Positions 1 to 11,381 are shown, numbered from the stretch's first letter. The stretch is DNA of 45,463 bases from an uncultured Eubacteriales bacterium (GCA_964541225.1 CAZIPN010000011.1:17976-63438); one strand, 5' to 3'. Program-made: numbers and translations. The notes: generated from the sequence alone by a model not told the origin.

Positions 1-86
1 GAGGTCTCAGGATCAGCGTCACGCCGTGACTCGATAACCTGCCACAGCTCGTCGATCACGCTGCCGAAAGAACGCGCCTCACTCAT
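1..86 (-). CDS. hisE: Phosphoribosyl-ATP pyrophosphatase, N-terminal part (runs off the window)
   Basis: Not in the ORF track. Manual translation from ATG at 86 gives [29 protein letters not shown]..., matching the HisE start pattern (L..L...I..R......SYT). Overlaps the hisI stop. Confidence 0.85.
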   Translation of the reverse strand, partial: MSEARSFGSVIDELWQVIESRRDADPET

Positions 87-462
87 CGGCACTCCCCGTG
101 GCGAGGGATGTGTGATCTGGATACAGCTCTCGGTAGAAGCAGGTGTGCTCGCCGGTGTGGCAGGCACCCGGGCCGTTCTGGTTGACGAGCACCAGCAGGC
201 AATCAGCGTCGCAGTCGTAGCGAATCTCGACGACTTCTTGGGTGTGGCCGGAACTCTCGCCCTTCATCCAGTACTTCTGGCGGCTGCGGCTCCAAAACCA
301 CGTAAAGCCAGTCTCGATCGTCTCGGCGAGGGACTCACGATTCATGTAGGCGACCATGAGCACCTCAAGCGTGTCATGCTGCTGCACGACAGCCGGGATG
401 AGGCCGTTGGCGTCGTAGGTGAATTCATCGATGCCGAGCAGGTCGCGCTCGCGATCAGTCAT
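79..462 (-). CDS. hisI: Phosphoribosyl-AMP cyclohydrolase
   Basis: WSRSR, KGESSGH, DCDAD and ACHTG..TCF motifs; his operon context. Confidence 0.96.
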   Translation of the reverse strand: MTDRERDLLGIDEFTYDANGLIPAVVQQHDTLEVLMVAYMNRESLAETIETGFTWFWSRSRQKYWMKGESSGHTQEVVEIRYDCDADCLLVLVNQNGPGACHTGEHTCFYRELYPDHTSLATGSADE

Positions 463-571
463 GAACGAATCCCTTCAGATCGGCCATGTGGTTTGCACAG
501 TCTATCAGGCGTTCGGTGCCCCGTACGCGCGTACGCAACCCACGGGCGAGGCACGTTCGAACGCGCTCTGC

Positions 572-1339
572 CTACAGCCTCACCGGCACACCCGCTCGCG
601 CCATGGCTTCCTTCACCTCGCGCACCGTGAACGTGCCGAAGTGAAAGACACTTGCGGCAAGCACCGCGTCGGCGTCGGCCTCGATGACAACCTCGGCGAA
701 GTGGTCGAGCGTACCGGCTCCACCGCTCGCGATGACAGGCACGTTCACCGCACGCGTGACCGCGCGCGTCAGGTCGATGTCGTAGCCATCCTTGGTGCCG
801 TCGCAATCCATGCTCGTGAGCAGGATCTCCCCACTGCCGAGACGTTCGGCCTCGGCTGCCCACGTCACGGCGTCGAGTTCGGTGTTGATGCGGCCTCCGT
901 TGACGAAGACTTCCCAGCGTGCAGGGTTCGAGCCGGGCACCCGGTGGGCGTCGATCGCGGTCACGATGCACTGCGCGCCATAGATGCCGCTGGTGAGCGT
1001 AATGAGACCGGGATCGCGCACCGCCGCCGAGTTCAGCGAGATCTTGTCGGCACCGGCGGCAAGCATCGCACGGATGTCGTCGGCCGAGCGCATGCCGCCA
1101 CCGACGGTGTAGGGAATGAAGCACTCCTCGGCGGTTCGCGTGGCGACGTCGAGCATGCTTGGCCGCTCCTCGTGCGTGGCGGTGATGTCGAGGAAGACGA
1201 CCTCATCGGCGCCTGCCTTGTCGTAGATGGCGGCCATCTCGACCGGATCGCCGGCATCGCGCAGGTTCACGAAGTTCACGCCTTTGACGACGCGCCCCTC
1301 GTGGACGTCGAGGCACGGAATGACGCGCTTCATCAGCAC
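572..1339 (-). CDS. hisF: Imidazole glycerol phosphate synthase, cyclase subunit
   Basis: [27 protein letters not shown] and IASGGAG motifs. Start placed at GTG 1339 behind SD GAGGTG. Confidence 0.96.
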   Translation of the reverse strand: MLMKRVIPCLDVHEGRVVKGVNFVNLRDAGDPVEMAAIYDKAGADEVVFLDITATHEERPSMLDVATRTAEECFIPYTVGGGMRSADDIRAMLAAGADKISLNSAAVRDPGLITLTSGIYGAQCIVTAIDAHRVPGSNPARWEVFVNGGRINTELDAVTWAAEAERLGSGEILLTSMDCDGTKDGYDIDLTRAVTRAVNVPVIASGGAGTLDHFAEVVIEADADAVLAASVFHFGTFTVREVKEAMARAGVPVRL

Positions 1340-1343
1340 GACG

Positions 1344-2075
1344 TCACCTCTCGCCTGCTGCGATGGCGAGTGCGTCGGGCAGCGTGAACGAGTGCTCGTA
1401 GAGCGCGCGCCCTGCGATGACACCCTCCATGACCCCGTCGCCCAGAGCGGCCAGCGCGCGAATGTCATCCAGTGTCGAGACGCCACCGCTTGCAACGACC
1501 GGGAAGCCGGCCGTCGTCGCGATGCGCTCGTACGCTGCGGCGTTCACGCCGACCTGCATGCCGTCGCGCGAGATGTCGGTGTAGACGAGATGGCGCACGC
1601 CGAGCTCGGCGAGTTCGCCGACAAGCTCATCGGCGGGTGTAGCCGTGCCTTCGCGCCAGCCGGCGATCGCAACCATCCCGTCGCGCGCGTCCACGCCAGC
1701 GACCACGCGCTCGCCAAACGCGTCGACGGCTTCGCGCACGAAGTCGGGATCGGTCACCAGCTTCGTGCCGAGAACGCAGCGCTCGGCACCCGCGCCTACG
1801 AGGCGCACCATCGTGTCAAGCGTCCGAATTCCGCCGCCGACCTCGACACGAAGGCCGCTCTCGTGCGCGATCTTCTCGATGATGAGGATGTTGGAGGGCA
1901 CGCCGTCACGAGCGCCGTTCAAGTCGACGACGTGCACCCACTCGGCGCCCTGCTTCGCGAACTCGCGTGCCTGCGCAAGCGGGTCCTCGTTGTAGACGGT
2001 CACTCGGTCGTAGTCCCCCTGCGCAAGGCGTACCGCACGGCCATCCAAGATATCGATTGCGGGAAATACGATCAT
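1344..2075 (-). CDS. hisA: ProFAR isomerase
   Basis: [28 protein letters not shown] and YTDISRDG motifs. Confidence 0.96.
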   Translation of the reverse strand: MIVFPAIDILDGRAVRLAQGDYDRVTVYNEDPLAQAREFAKQGAEWVHVVDLNGARDGVPSNILIIEKIAHESGLRVEVGGGIRTLDTMVRLVGAGAERCVLGTKLVTDPDFVREAVDAFGERVVAGVDARDGMVAIAGWREGTATPADELVGELAELGVRHLVYTDISRDGMQVGVNAAAYERIATTAGFPVVASGGVSTLDDIRALAALGDGVMEGVIAGRALYEHSFTLPDALAIAAGER

Positions 2076-2701
2076 TGGCCTTTCCTCTCGGCGAGTCGTC
2101 CGAAGTTTGACAGCAGCGCAAGCCCCATGGTGGAGGACTTCTCGGGGTGGAACTGGACCGCGAAGATGTTGCCTACCTGCACAGAAGCGGCAAACCGCGC
2201 CCCGTATTCGGTTGAGCCAACGATCGCGTCGCTATCGCGGGGGATGAGCCGGAAGCTGTGCACGAAGTAAAACGCCGTCGACTCTTCGATGCCCTCAAAG
2301 AGCGGAGAGTCGCGCGGGTATTCGACCGTGTTCCAGCCGATGTGCGGAATCTTCACGCCGCTGGAGAGCTTCTCGCACGTGCCCGGCACGAGCCCGAGTC
2401 CCTGCCACTCGCCGTCTTCGAACCCGACATCGGCGAGCAGTTGCATGCCAAGGCAGATGCCGAGAAACGGCGTGCCGAGCCCGACCTTGTGTCGCAGCAC
2501 CTCTTCGACGCCGCTGTCGCGCAGGTTCGCGGCAGCGTCGCGAAAAGCGCCGACGCCCGGCAGCACGATGCCGTCCGCGGCTTCGATCTCGGCGGGGTCC
2601 TGTGTGACGACGACGTCTTCGACCCCAGCGTGCTCGAAACCCTTCTGCACGCTGCGCAGATTGCCCATCTTGTAGTCGATGATCGCGATGTGCGGACTCA
2701 C
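2072..2701 (-). CDS. hisH: Imidazole glycerol phosphate synthase, glutaminase subunit
   Basis: DYKMGNLRSV, LPGVGAF, GICLGMQ and QFHPEKS motifs. Confidence 0.97.
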   Translation of the reverse strand: MSPHIAIIDYKMGNLRSVQKGFEHAGVEDVVVTQDPAEIEAADGIVLPGVGAFRDAAANLRDSGVEEVLRHKVGLGTPFLGICLGMQLLADVGFEDGEWQGLGLVPGTCEKLSSGVKIPHIGWNTVEYPRDSPLFEGIEESTAFYFVHSFRLIPRDSDAIVGSTEYGARFAASVQVGNIFAVQFHPEKSSTMGLALLSNFGRLAERKGQ

Positions 2702-3285
2702 AGCGCACCTTTCGTGGAGGGCACGCCGCTCACGCGCTCGTCGATTGCGACCGCAGCTGAGAACGCGCGGGCAACCGACTTAAACGCCGCCTCGACGATG
2801 TGATGTGAGTTCTCACCGGCAAGCGAACGAACGTGCAGCGTGACACCTGAGTTGATCGCAAGAGCCGTCATGAACTCCTTGGCGAGCGTCGTGTCAAAGG
2901 TGCCGATGATCTCGATCGGCAACGACACGTCGTAGAAGAGCGCACCGCGACCCGAGATGTCGACCGCCGAGAGCACGAGCGCCTCGTCCATCGGCAGCAT
3001 GCTGAATCCGAAGCGGGTGATGCCGGACCGGTCGCCGAGCGCCTTTGCGAACGCCTGCCCGATCACGATGCCGACGTCTTCAACGCTGTGGTGCGCATCC
3101 ACCTCGATGTCGCCCGCGCACGACACGCTCAGATCGAACAGCCCATGGCGTCCAAACGCATTGAGCATGTGGTCGAAGAAGGGCACGCCTGTCGCGACCT
3201 CGGTCTTCCCGCTGCCGTCCAGATCCAGCGACACCGTGATCTTGGTCTCGCGCGTCTCCCGTGTGATTGCTGCCGAGCGACCCAT
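2698..3285 (-). CDS. hisB: Imidazoleglycerol-phosphate dehydratase
   Basis: FFDHML, DAHHSVED, NSHHIVEA and PSTKG motifs. Confidence 0.97.
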   Translation of the reverse strand: MGRSAAITRETRETKITVSLDLDGSGKTEVATGVPFFDHMLNAFGRHGLFDLSVSCAGDIEVDAHHSVEDVGIVIGQAFAKALGDRSGITRFGFSMLPMDEALVLSAVDISGRGALFYDVSLPIEIIGTFDTTLAKEFMTALAINSGVTLHVRSLAGENSHHIVEAAFKSVARAFSAAVAIDERVSGVPSTKGAL

Positions 3286-3299
3286 GGCCGTCCCCTTCG

Positions 3300-4409
3300 C
3301 TACTCGCGCTCTCCGGCCGCAAGCGTCTCGCTTGCCCGCCGATGAGCCAAGACGTCCTCCATCGCCGCAAGGAATCGGGCGATCTCTTCTTCGGTTCCAA
3401 TCGTGACTCTCAGGCAGTCCGCCAGCCCAGGCGTGCGCGAGAAGTCGCGAACGAGCACCGAGTGGTTGTGCAGCAGGTCGCGCCAGATCGCCGCGCCGTG
3501 CTCCACTCGGAACAGCACGAAGTTCGCCTCACTTGGAAAGACCTCAACTTCGGGCATCATCGAAAGCCCATGCAGCAGCTGATCTCGGCCACGAACCAGG
3601 TCGCGAATGCCCTGCTCGAACACCATACGCTCGCGAAACACCTGCGTGGCAACCCATTGCGAGAAGGAATTCACCGAATACGGCTGCCTGACCTTCATGA
3701 ACTCGGCGACCACCTCGGGATGTCCCAGCAGGTAGCCGACGCGCATCCCCGCCATCGAGAAGGCCTTGGAGAACGTCCTCAGAATCACGAGGTTGTCGCA
3801 ACGCGTCATGTGCGGACGCATGGTGTGTCGGCTGAACTCGAAGTACGCCTCGTCAACCATCACCAGCGCGTCGGTGGAGTGCAGCAGCTCGATCAGGAAC
3901 GATTCATCCGTCAGTCCGCCAGTGGGGTTGTTTGGGTTGGCAACCACCACAATGTCGATGTCACCTTCGGCAACACGATCAAGCACGGCCTTCTGGTCGA
4001 TCCTGAAGTTCGCCTGCCGAGGAATCTCGACGACCTCAGTGCCCGTGACTTGCGCATCAATGCCGTACATGGTGAACGTCGGCGGCATGTCGAGGATCTT
4101 TCGACCTGGGCCGCCCCACGCCAGAAGCATGTCGAAGATCAGCTCATCGCCGCCATTGCCGACAAGAACGTTTTCGGGCTCCAGCCCGTTTGCCTCGGCG
4201 ATCAGACGTCGCAGCTCGTGCGCGGTCGGATCCGGATAGCGATTGAACGGGAACTCGGGCAGTCGTGCCGAGAGCTTCGCGAGGATCTCGCTCGGCAGAT
4301 TGCTGGGATTCTCGTTGTTGGAGAGCACGACTTCGGCCTTGACCTCTTTGGCGTCATACGTTGCAAGGTCTTCAAGTTCAGGGCGTGCTGGTCTGACGTT
4401 GTCGGTCAT
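3300..4409 (-). CDS. hisC: Histidinol-phosphate aminotransferase
   Basis: NENP, NRYPD, GNGGDE, NPNNPTG, DEAY and RTFSKA (PLP lysine) motifs. Confidence 0.96.
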   Translation of the reverse strand: MTDNVRPARPELEDLATYDAKEVKAEVVLSNNENPSNLPSEILAKLSARLPEFPFNRYPDPTAHELRRLIAEANGLEPENVLVGNGGDELIFDMLLAWGGPGRKILDMPPTFTMYGIDAQVTGTEVVEIPRQANFRIDQKAVLDRVAEGDIDIVVVANPNNPTGGLTDESFLIELLHSTDALVMVDEAYFEFSRHTMRPHMTRCDNLVILRTFSKAFSMAGMRVGYLLGHPEVVAEFMKVRQPYSVNSFSQWVATQVFRERMVFEQGIRDLVRGRDQLLHGLSMMPEVEVFPSEANFVLFRVEHGAAIWRDLLHNHSVLVRDFSRTPGLADCLRVTIGTEEEIARFLAAMEDVLAHRRASETLAAGERE

Positions 4410-5740
4410 GAGTCCTCAGACCTCCCGGCTTCATCATCTTCGAGGAAGGCGGCCATGGCCTCTATGCGCAGCGAGACCGCGCGGCCGTGAGCCCACAGCC
4501 CCTCCTTCTCGGCGATGACTTGGACGGCGTCGCCATCCATCTCCAGCGCCTCGAAACTGTAGGAAAGCACGCTCGACTTCTTCACGAAGTCGTCGACAGA
4601 AAGCGGGCTGGAGAAGCGCGCAGTCCCGCCGGTGGGCAGGACGTGGTTGGGTCCGGCCACGTAGTCGCCCACGCTTTCTGGCGTCCACTGCCCCAGGAAG
4701 ATCGCACCCGCGTTGCGTATGCTGCCGAGCAGATCGAAAGGCTCGGCCATCTGCACCTCAAGATGCTCCGGCGCGATGAGATCGACGGTGTCGAGTGCGG
4801 CGACGATGTCGGGGCAGACCACCACGACGCCGTTGTCGGCAAGCGAGCGGGCGGTGATCTCACCGCGCGGCGACTCCGCAATCAGCTGCTCGAGCGCAGC
4901 CTCGACGAGCGTCGGCAGATCGGGATCGGTCGTCACGAGATAGGTGGCCGCGCGTGGATCGTGCTCGGCTTGGGCCATCAGATCGATCGCGACGAACGCC
5001 GGCTGCGTGGTTTCGTCGGCGAGTATGAGCACTTCGGAGGGGCCGGCGAGCATGTCGATGCCCACGTCGCCGGTGACGAGCTTCTTGGCGGCGGCCACAT
5101 ACGCGTTGCCGGGACCCACGATCTTGTCGACGCGTGGAATCGACTCCGTGCCGTACGCGAGCGCGGCGATGGCCTGCGCGCCGCCCACCTTGTAGACCTC
5201 GTCGACGCCCGCCTCCGCGGCAGCCGCGAGTGTGTAGGGGCTGATCGAGCCGTCCGCAGCTGGAGGTGCCACCATCGCCACTTCATCGACGCCAGCTACC
5301 ATCGCCGGAATCGCGTTCATGAGCACGCTGGAGGGATACTTCGCACGACCGCCAGGCACATAGATACCAACACGCTGAAGCGGCGTCACCTTCTGGCCGA
5401 GGTAGACCCCGCCTTCCTGCGCGGTGAACCAACTCTGCGGGATCTGTCGGCGGTGGAAGTCCTCGATGGCGCCGGCGGCCGACGACAGCGCGTCGAGGAA
5501 CTCCGGCTCGACCGCTTCGACCGCGGCCTCGATCTCCTCGGCGGTCACGCGCAAGTCCTCGATCGCGATCTTGTCGAAGGACAGCGTGTGCTCGCGCACG
5601 GCCTCATCGCCCCGCTCGCGCACGTCGTCCACGATGCGAGCCGCAACGCCGATGATCTCGGCGTCGACTCCCCCGCTGCGAGCCAGATCGCCCTCGGTCA
5701 GCCGCTGGCCTGGCTCCAGCTCGATTCGCCGCATCAACAT
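4406..5740 (-). CDS. hisD: Histidinol dehydrogenase
   Basis: [29 protein letters not shown] and GPNHVLPT motifs. Confidence 0.97.
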   Translation of the reverse strand: MLMRRIELEPGQRLTEGDLARSGGVDAEIIGVAARIVDDVRERGDEAVREHTLSFDKIAIEDLRVTAEEIEAAVEAVEPEFLDALSSAAGAIEDFHRRQIPQSWFTAQEGGVYLGQKVTPLQRVGIYVPGGRAKYPSSVLMNAIPAMVAGVDEVAMVAPPAADGSISPYTLAAAAEAGVDEVYKVGGAQAIAALAYGTESIPRVDKIVGPGNAYVAAAKKLVTGDVGIDMLAGPSEVLILADETTQPAFVAIDLMAQAEHDPRAATYLVTTDPDLPTLVEAALEQLIAESPRGEITARSLADNGVVVVCPDIVAALDTVDLIAPEHLEVQMAEPFDLLGSIRNAGAIFLGQWTPESVGDYVAGPNHVLPTGGTARFSSPLSVDDFVKKSSVLSYSFEALEMDGDAVQVIAEKEGLWAHGRAVSLRIEAMAAFLEDDEAGRSEDS

Positions 5741-5789
5741 GTCAGGATCGGTCCTTCCGTGTCATCGGGAGATTCGTTGCCCGGACTCG

Positions 5790-6461
5790 TCATTCTAGCG
5801 GGACTGCGACCGTGATGGCTCTTGCCAGCTCAAGAACTCGCGGATCCGTGCGCGTAGCCGCAGGATTGCCGATGAACCGAGCGGTGGATTCGAGCACCTC
5901 GCCGACGACCGTGAGGTTGTTCTGGCGCAGGGTCGTACCGGTGGCCGTGATGTCAACGATCTGCTCCGCGAGGCCGATCAGGGGCGCCACCTCGATGTTG
6001 CCGTGCAGCTTCACGATCTCGACCTGCACGCCTTGCGCGTCGAAGTAGGCCTGCGTGACGTTGGGATACTTGGTGGCGACGCGCACCACACCCAGGTGCT
6101 GGAGGCGCTCGCGCACCACCGAGCCCGCGTCTTGTGGCTCGGCGAGCACGAATCGGCAGCCGCCGAAACGCAGATCGACCAGCTCGACGCAGTCCAGGCC
6201 GGCTTCGAGCAGCACGTCTTTGCCAGCGATCGCGCAATCCGCGCCACCGTAGGCCGCGTAGACCGGGATATCGGTGGGTCGCGCGATCACGAATTCCGCG
6301 TCCGGCGTGCGAACGATGAGCTGTCGGCCCGGCTCGGCGAGTCCGGTGGTATCGAGGCCGGCTTGTGTGAGCAGCGCGACGCTCTCGGCGAACAGCGCGC
6401 CCTTGGGCACGGCAATCCTGAGCGGACGATCCGCTGCCGAGGAACCGCGAAGCGCCATCAC
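5790..6461 (-). CDS. hisG: ATP phosphoribosyltransferase, short form
   Basis: IAVPKG, GKDVLLE, VATKYP and DITATGTTLRQN motifs. About 220 aa, lacking the C-terminal regulatory domain; paired with hisZ. Confidence 0.95.
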   Translation of the reverse strand: MMALRGSSAADRPLRIAVPKGALFAESVALLTQAGLDTTGLAEPGRQLIVRTPDAEFVIARPTDIPVYAAYGGADCAIAGKDVLLEAGLDCVELVDLRFGGCRFVLAEPQDAGSVVRERLQHLGVVRVATKYPNVTQAYFDAQGVQVEIVKLHGNIEVAPLIGLAEQIVDITATGTTLRQNNLTVVGEVLESTARFIGNPAATRTDPRVLELARAITVAVPLE

Positions 6462-7774
6462 GAGCGCTCACCTCCCTGCGAGGGCGAGGCGTCGAGCACG
6501 ACGCCCACAGCGTTCGCAGAGCCGTCCGCGCGATCCGCCCACGTCGATGTCGGCGGGCCGGGCACGGGATCTTCGAGCGGTAGAGCCGGCTCTCCGGCGC
6601 GGTCAAGTCGCACGGCAGGGCGACCCGCGCGAGCGAGCAGCGCCTCGGCAGCTCCAAGACGCTCGGCTTCGCGTACGAGCTCGGCGCCTGAGCGCCGCGA
6701 ACGCGCGACCGACCACCCCGCGGCTCGAAGCGAGCGCGCGACCTCGAAGGCGGGCGCGTCGTCCCCGCCGACAACCGCATCGAGCGCGCGAACGTCGACG
6801 GCAGCGCCCTGTTCCATCAGCGCGATCATGACGCGTTCCAACCCGACCGCGAACCCGGCGGCGGGAGCGGGGGCGTCGTAGGCGGCAAGCACGCCGTCAT
6901 AGCGGCCGCCACCTCCGAGCGGCAGGCCGACGCCGGGCGCGTACGCCTCGGCGACCAAACCGGTGTAGTAGTCGAACGAGCGCATGACCGAGAAGTCCAC
7001 GGCGACGCGCTCGGCGGCACCCGCAGCTTCGAGCAGCTCCCAGGTCGCGACGAGGTCGTCGAGTACGGCGTCGCAGTTCAGCCCGACCGTTGCGGCCCGG
7101 CACGCAGCGATGGCGTCTCGGCCACCGCGAATTCGCGGGACCGCCGAGAGCGCCGAAGCCACGCTTGGCGCATCAACCTGCGCGGCGAGATCCTCGATGC
7201 CGACGAGGTTGCGATCGTGAGCGGCGGCCAGCACGGCGTCACCCCACTCGCGCGGAGCGTCCGCGGCGGCCACGATCGCGTGCAGCACCGCGACGGTCCC
7301 AATCGCGACCGTGAACTCCCGCAACCCGGCCGCTTCGAGAGCGGCGACAAGCAGCGAGACCACCTCGGCATCGGCCGCAGCCCCGCCCTCGCCGATAAGC
7401 TCGACACCAACCTGCGTGAACTGCCGAGGCTGACCACGTAGCGACTCGTGCTCGCGGAAGACGTCGGCCACGTAGCGGAAGCGATGCGGACCCTGCGCAT
7501 CGGCCAAACGCGAGGCCACCAGACGCGCGATCGGCACGGTCATGTCGGGGCGAAGCGCAAGCAGACGGCCATCGAGATCGATCAGTCGAAACGCGGTCCC
7601 TTGCAGCGGACCCGCGGCGGCCTCCACTGCCGCAAGGTCCTCGGCGGCTGGCGTCTCAACGAGGCCGTAGCCCCATGCGGACAGCACGTCGCTCATGGCG
7701 CGAGTAACCGACTCGCGCTCAGCGGCCTCGGCGGGAAGCACGTCTCTGAAGCCTCGTGCGGTTATCGGCCGCAT
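6458..7774 (-). CDS. hisZ: ATP phosphoribosyltransferase regulatory subunit (HisRS-like)
   Basis: GFRDVLP, LRPDMT, FTQVGVELIG, DYYTG and GGGRYD motifs. Start at ATG 7774 behind SD AGAGGA. Confidence 0.93.
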   Translation of the reverse strand: MRPITARGFRDVLPAEAAERESVTRAMSDVLSAWGYGLVETPAAEDLAAVEAAAGPLQGTAFRLIDLDGRLLALRPDMTVPIARLVASRLADAQGPHRFRYVADVFREHESLRGQPRQFTQVGVELIGEGGAAADAEVVSLLVAALEAAGLREFTVAIGTVAVLHAIVAAADAPREWGDAVLAAAHDRNLVGIEDLAAQVDAPSVASALSAVPRIRGGRDAIAACRAATVGLNCDAVLDDLVATWELLEAAGAAERVAVDFSVMRSFDYYTGLVAEAYAPGVGLPLGGGGRYDGVLAAYDAPAPAAGFAVGLERVMIALMEQGAAVDVRALDAVVGGDDAPAFEVARSLRAAGWSVARSRRSGAELVREAERLGAAEALLARAGRPAVRLDRAGEPALPLEDPVPGPPTSTWADRADGSANAVGVVLDASPSQGGERS

Positions 7775-7833
7775 GGCTCGGCGGTCCTCTCTGGATCGTG
7801 CGATCCGGGCTAGGCGTGCGGTCAATGCGCCGA

Positions 7834-7864
7834 TACTCTATCACAGTAGAGTGATGGAGCGCAA
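7834..7864 (-). promoter_or_regulatory. his operon promoter (TTGCGC-18-TAGAGT, extended TGn) overlapped by palindromic operator TACTCTA-N6-TAGAGTG
   Basis: Palindrome at 7834-7853; -10 at 7840-7835; -35 at 7864-7859; about 60 nt upstream of the hisZ ATG. Confidence 0.7.
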
Positions 7865-7917
7865 CAATGGCGGCTGCAGCTCCTGCACCGCCCCTCGCTC
7901 CCCGCCCCGCCGAGCAC

Positions 7918-10900
7918 TCACACGGCGCTGATCGCGTCCCCACCGAACAAGTCGATGAGCTCGGCATGCAGCCCGCCGCTCGACTTGTCCACCCGCTCGG
8001 GCATCTTGCACACGAGCGTGCGCTGGCCGCCTTCGTCCCACACGTGAAGTTCTACGAAGTCGGCGCCTGGGAAATGCGACAGGATCTTCTTGAGCTTCTG
8101 CTGTCTGCCGTTGACCAGCGCATCGGCGTCCGTCGCAATCACAACGCGGCCCGGCGGCGCGGCAAACGCTTCGCCGTCAAACGCCTGGATGTCGCTCACG
8201 ATGAGCTTCTTGCCGCGATCGGAATCCTCGAGTCGCGCCTTGGCTCGAATGATCTCGTCGACCGCGATCAGGTCCCGATAGCCCTCGTACGTCTGCGGGA
8301 ACAGCACGGCCTCGATCGAGCCGTCCGGGTCCTCCAAGGTGACGATCGCCATCATCGTCCCCTTCTTGGTGGGCCTCGGCGTCACGCTCGCGAGAATGCC
8401 CGCGAACCAGCCCGTCGTGCCGTCGCCAAGTTCATCGACGTCGCCGAGGGAGTAGTCGGCGGCCCTGCGTACCGCATCGGCGATCTCGCGAAGGGGGTGG
8501 TCGGAGACGTAAATGCCCAGCATCTCCTTCTCAAACGCGAGCCGCATCTTCTTGTCCCACTCATCCCCGTTAGGCTCGGGGACTTCCTCGGCAAAACCGC
8601 TGTCCTCGGCGGTGAACATGTCAAACATCGAGACCTGGCCCGAGTCGACGTCGCGCGCTCGCTTGAGTGCCGAGTCAACGGCGCTGTCCATCATCGAGAA
8701 CAGGTGCTTGCGAGTGAAGCCCGTCGAGTCGAAGGCGCCCGCCTTGATGAGCGCCTCAAGCGTCTTCTTGTTGACCTGCCGCATGTCGACACGCGCGCAG
8801 AAGTCCTGCAGCGACGCGAACGCGCCGCCTTCCTCTCGCGCGCGAATGATCTCCTCGACCACGCCAAAGCCCACGCCTCGAATGCCCGCCAGGCCAAAAC
8901 GAATGCCTTCGCCTGACACCGGCGTGAAGTCGCGACCCGAGCTGTTCACGTCCGGCGGCAGCACCGTGTAGCCCGCGCGATTGCACTCGGCGACGTAGTG
9001 CACGATCTTGTCGGTCTTGCCCGTGTAGCTCGTGAGCACGGCCGCCATGTACTCGAGCGGATAGTGCGCCTTGAGGTAGGCCGTCTGCATCGTGAGCAGC
9101 CCATATGCTGCCGAGTGACTCTTGTTGAAGGCGTACTCGGCGAACTTGAGGATGTCCTCCCACATGTTCGCCGCCATCTTCGTGTCAAAGCCGTTCTCGC
9201 CGGCGCCGTTAACCCACGCCTCGCGCATCGGCACGAGCACGTCGAGCTTCTTCTTGCCCATGGCCTTGCGCAGCTTCTCGGCCTCAGCCGCCGAGAAACC
9301 CGACATCGCCATTGCGATGCGCATGACCTGTTCCTGGTAGACGATGGCGCCGTACGTCTCCTCCAGGATTGGCTTGAGCCGATCGTCGTAGTAGGTCACG
9401 GCGCGCCGGCCGTGTTTGCGCTCGACGAAGTCTTTCACCATCCCAGAGCCGAGCGGGCCCGGCCGGTAGAGAGCGAGCACCGCGACGATGTCGGCGAAGG
9501 TGGTGGGAACGAGGTCCTTGAGCAGCTGGCGCATGCCAGGTGACTCGACCTGGAAGACGCCGACGGTGTCTGCCCGCTGCAGAAGTGCGAACGTCTCGGC
9601 GTCGTCAAGCGAGAACTCGTCTGGGTCGAGCGCCACGCCATGTGCTTCGCCGACGTTCTTGACCGCGTCGGCAATCACGGTCAGCGTGCGCAAGCCGAGG
9701 AAGTCCATCTTGAGCAGACCCATGTCGGCCACTGTCGGCCCATCGTATTGCGTGATGACCGAGCCACCCTTGGTGTCGTACTTCACCGGCACGTAGTAGT
9801 GCAGCGGGTCTCGGCAGATCACGACGCCGGCCGCGTGCACGCCCTCGCCGCGGACGATGCCTTCGAGCGCGGTCGCCGCGTCGACGATGCGCTTGGTATC
9901 GGGATTGGCCTTGTAGTCGGCCATGAACTCGGCGTTTTGCGCGAGCGACGAATCGATGGTGGCCTTGAGTTCGTCGCTGATCATCTTGCTGATCTTGTCG
10001 GGCACACCGTACGGATAGCCGAGCACCCGGCCGGCGTCGCGCACCGCAGCGCGTGCCTTCATCGTGCCGAACGTGATGATCTGCGCGACCTTGTCGGCGC
10101 CGTACTTCTCGCGCACGTAGTCGATGACCTCGCCGCGTCGCTCGTCGTCGAAGTCCATGTCGATATCGGGCATCTCGGTGCGCTCGGGGTTCAAGAACCG
10201 CTCGAAGAGCAAGCCGTTTTCGAGTGGGTCGAGGTTCGTGATGCCGAGCGCGTAGGAGATGATCGAGCCTGCCGCGCTGCCACGTCCCGGCCCGACGCCG
10301 ATGCCGCGCTCCTTGGCCCAGTGCGTGAAGTCCTGGACGATGAGGAAGTACGCCGCAATCCCCTTGGGCATGACAATCGACAACTCGTAGTCGAGCCGTT
10401 CGAGCACCTCAGGCGGGATGGGATCGCCGTAGCGCTCCTTGAGCCCCGCGATGCACTGATCGCGGAGGAAGCCTTCCTCGGTCGTGTCGGCTGGCACCTC
10501 GAACTTCGGCAGGATGATCTTGCCGAACTCCATCTCGACATTGCATTTCTCGGCGATGGCAAGCGTGTTTGCGAGCGCCTCTTCGTACTCGCCGATCGCA
10601 GTGCGCATCTCCTCGGCAGTCTTCATGTAGAACTCGTCGCACGAAAACTTCATGCGGCCCGGCTGATCGATCGTGGAGCCAGTCCCGATGCACAGCAGTA
10701 GATCTTGCGTCTTTGCGTCTTCGCGCGTGAGGTAGTGGATGTCGTTGGTGGCTACCGTTGGCAAGCCGACTTCGCGGGCGATCGCGAAGAGCTCACTGTT
10801 GAGCTGCTTCTGGGATACGCCGTTGTCGGCGACAAGCCCCTGTTCCTGCAGCTCAACATAGAAATCACCAGGCGCGAAGATGCCCGCGTAGCGCTCCGCC

Positions 10901-11367
10901 CACTCTCTGGCCGCATCCGGCTGGCCACGCTCGATCGACTTGGGCAGGATGCCGCTCATACACGCCGACGTGCCGACAAGCCCCGTCGCATACCGCTCGA
11001 GCAGCTCGAGGTCTACCTGAGGCTTGTAGTAGAAGCCGGAAACCGCCGCCTCAGAAACCAAGGCCATCAGATTCCGATAGCCCTCGTTGTCCTTGGCAAG
11101 AAGCAGCAGGTGATACAGGTCGGGCTTGCCGCCGTCACGCTTGCCGCGCACGCCGGCCGTGAAGTAGACCTCGCAGCCAATGATCGGCTTGATCTCAGCT
11201 GCGATGGACGCCTTGTAGAAGTCGACCGCGCCGTACATGTAGCCGTGGTCGGTGATTGCCAACGCCGGCATGTCGAACGCCTTGGCCTGCGCAACGAGTT
11301 GTTTGACCCGGGCCGCGCCGTCCAGAAGCGAGTATTCGGAGTGAGTGTGCAGGTGGACGAAGGACAT
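7918..11367 (-). CDS. dnaE: DNA polymerase III alpha subunit
   Basis: PHP domain (HLHTHSEYSLLDG), GPGRGSAAGS, MPDIDMDF and YAFNKSHS motifs, OB fold. 1149 aa with no intein-sized insert. Confidence 0.98.
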   Translation of the reverse strand: MSFVHLHTHSEYSLLDGAARVKQLVAQAKAFDMPALAITDHGYMYGAVDFYKASIAAEIKPIIGCEVYFTAGVRGKRDGGKPDLYHLLLLAKDNEGYRNLMALVSEAAVSGFYYKPQVDLELLERYATGLVGTSACMSGILPKSIERGQPDAAREWAERYAGIFAPGDFYVELQEQGLVADNGVSQKQLNSELFAIAREVGLPTVATNDIHYLTREDAKTQDLLLCIGTGSTIDQPGRMKFSCDEFYMKTAEEMRTAIGEYEEALANTLAIAEKCNVEMEFGKIILPKFEVPADTTEEGFLRDQCIAGLKERYGDPIPPEVLERLDYELSIVMPKGIAAYFLIVQDFTHWAKERGIGVGPGRGSAAGSIISYALGITNLDPLENGLLFERFLNPERTEMPDIDMDFDDERRGEVIDYVREKYGADKVAQIITFGTMKARAAVRDAGRVLGYPYGVPDKISKMISDELKATIDSSLAQNAEFMADYKANPDTKRIVDAATALEGIVRGEGVHAAGVVICRDPLHYYVPVKYDTKGGSVITQYDGPTVADMGLLKMDFLGLRTLTVIADAVKNVGEAHGVALDPDEFSLDDAETFALLQRADTVGVFQVESPGMRQLLKDLVPTTFADIVAVLALYRPGPLGSGMVKDFVERKHGRRAVTYYDDRLKPILEETYGAIVYQEQVMRIAMAMSGFSAAEAEKLRKAMGKKKLDVLVPMREAWVNGAGENGFDTKMAANMWEDILKFAEYAFNKSHSAAYGLLTMQTAYLKAHYPLEYMAAVLTSYTGKTDKIVHYVAECNRAGYTVLPPDVNSSGRDFTPVSGEGIRFGLAGIRGVGFGVVEEIIRAREEGGAFASLQDFCARVDMRQVNKKTLEALIKAGAFDSTGFTRKHLFSMMDSAVDSALKRARDVDSGQVSMFDMFTAEDSGFAEEVPEPNGDEWDKKMRLAFEKEMLGIYVSDHPLREIADAVRRAADYSLGDVDELGDGTTGWFAGILASVTPRPTKKGTMMAIVTLEDPDGSIEAVLFPQTYEGYRDLIAVDEIIRAKARLEDSDRGKKLIVSDIQAFDGEAFAAPPGRVVIATDADALVNGRQQKLKKILSHFPGADFVELHVWDEGGQRTLVCKMPERVDKSSGGLHAELIDLFGGDAISAV

Positions 11368-11381
11368 CTTCGCGACGTCCC

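Noticed and set aside
522-535. Perfect palindrome CGTACGCGCGTACG between hisF and hisI
   Set aside because: Low-complexity, unlike the his operator, and without other support.
7918-11367. Intein, split or mutagenic DnaE2; dnaE next to his as a novelty
   Set aside because: Normal length with an intact PHP motif and no imuAB. dnaE near his genes, and the ilvBNC-serA-leuB-FAH order, resemble known actinobacterial synteny.
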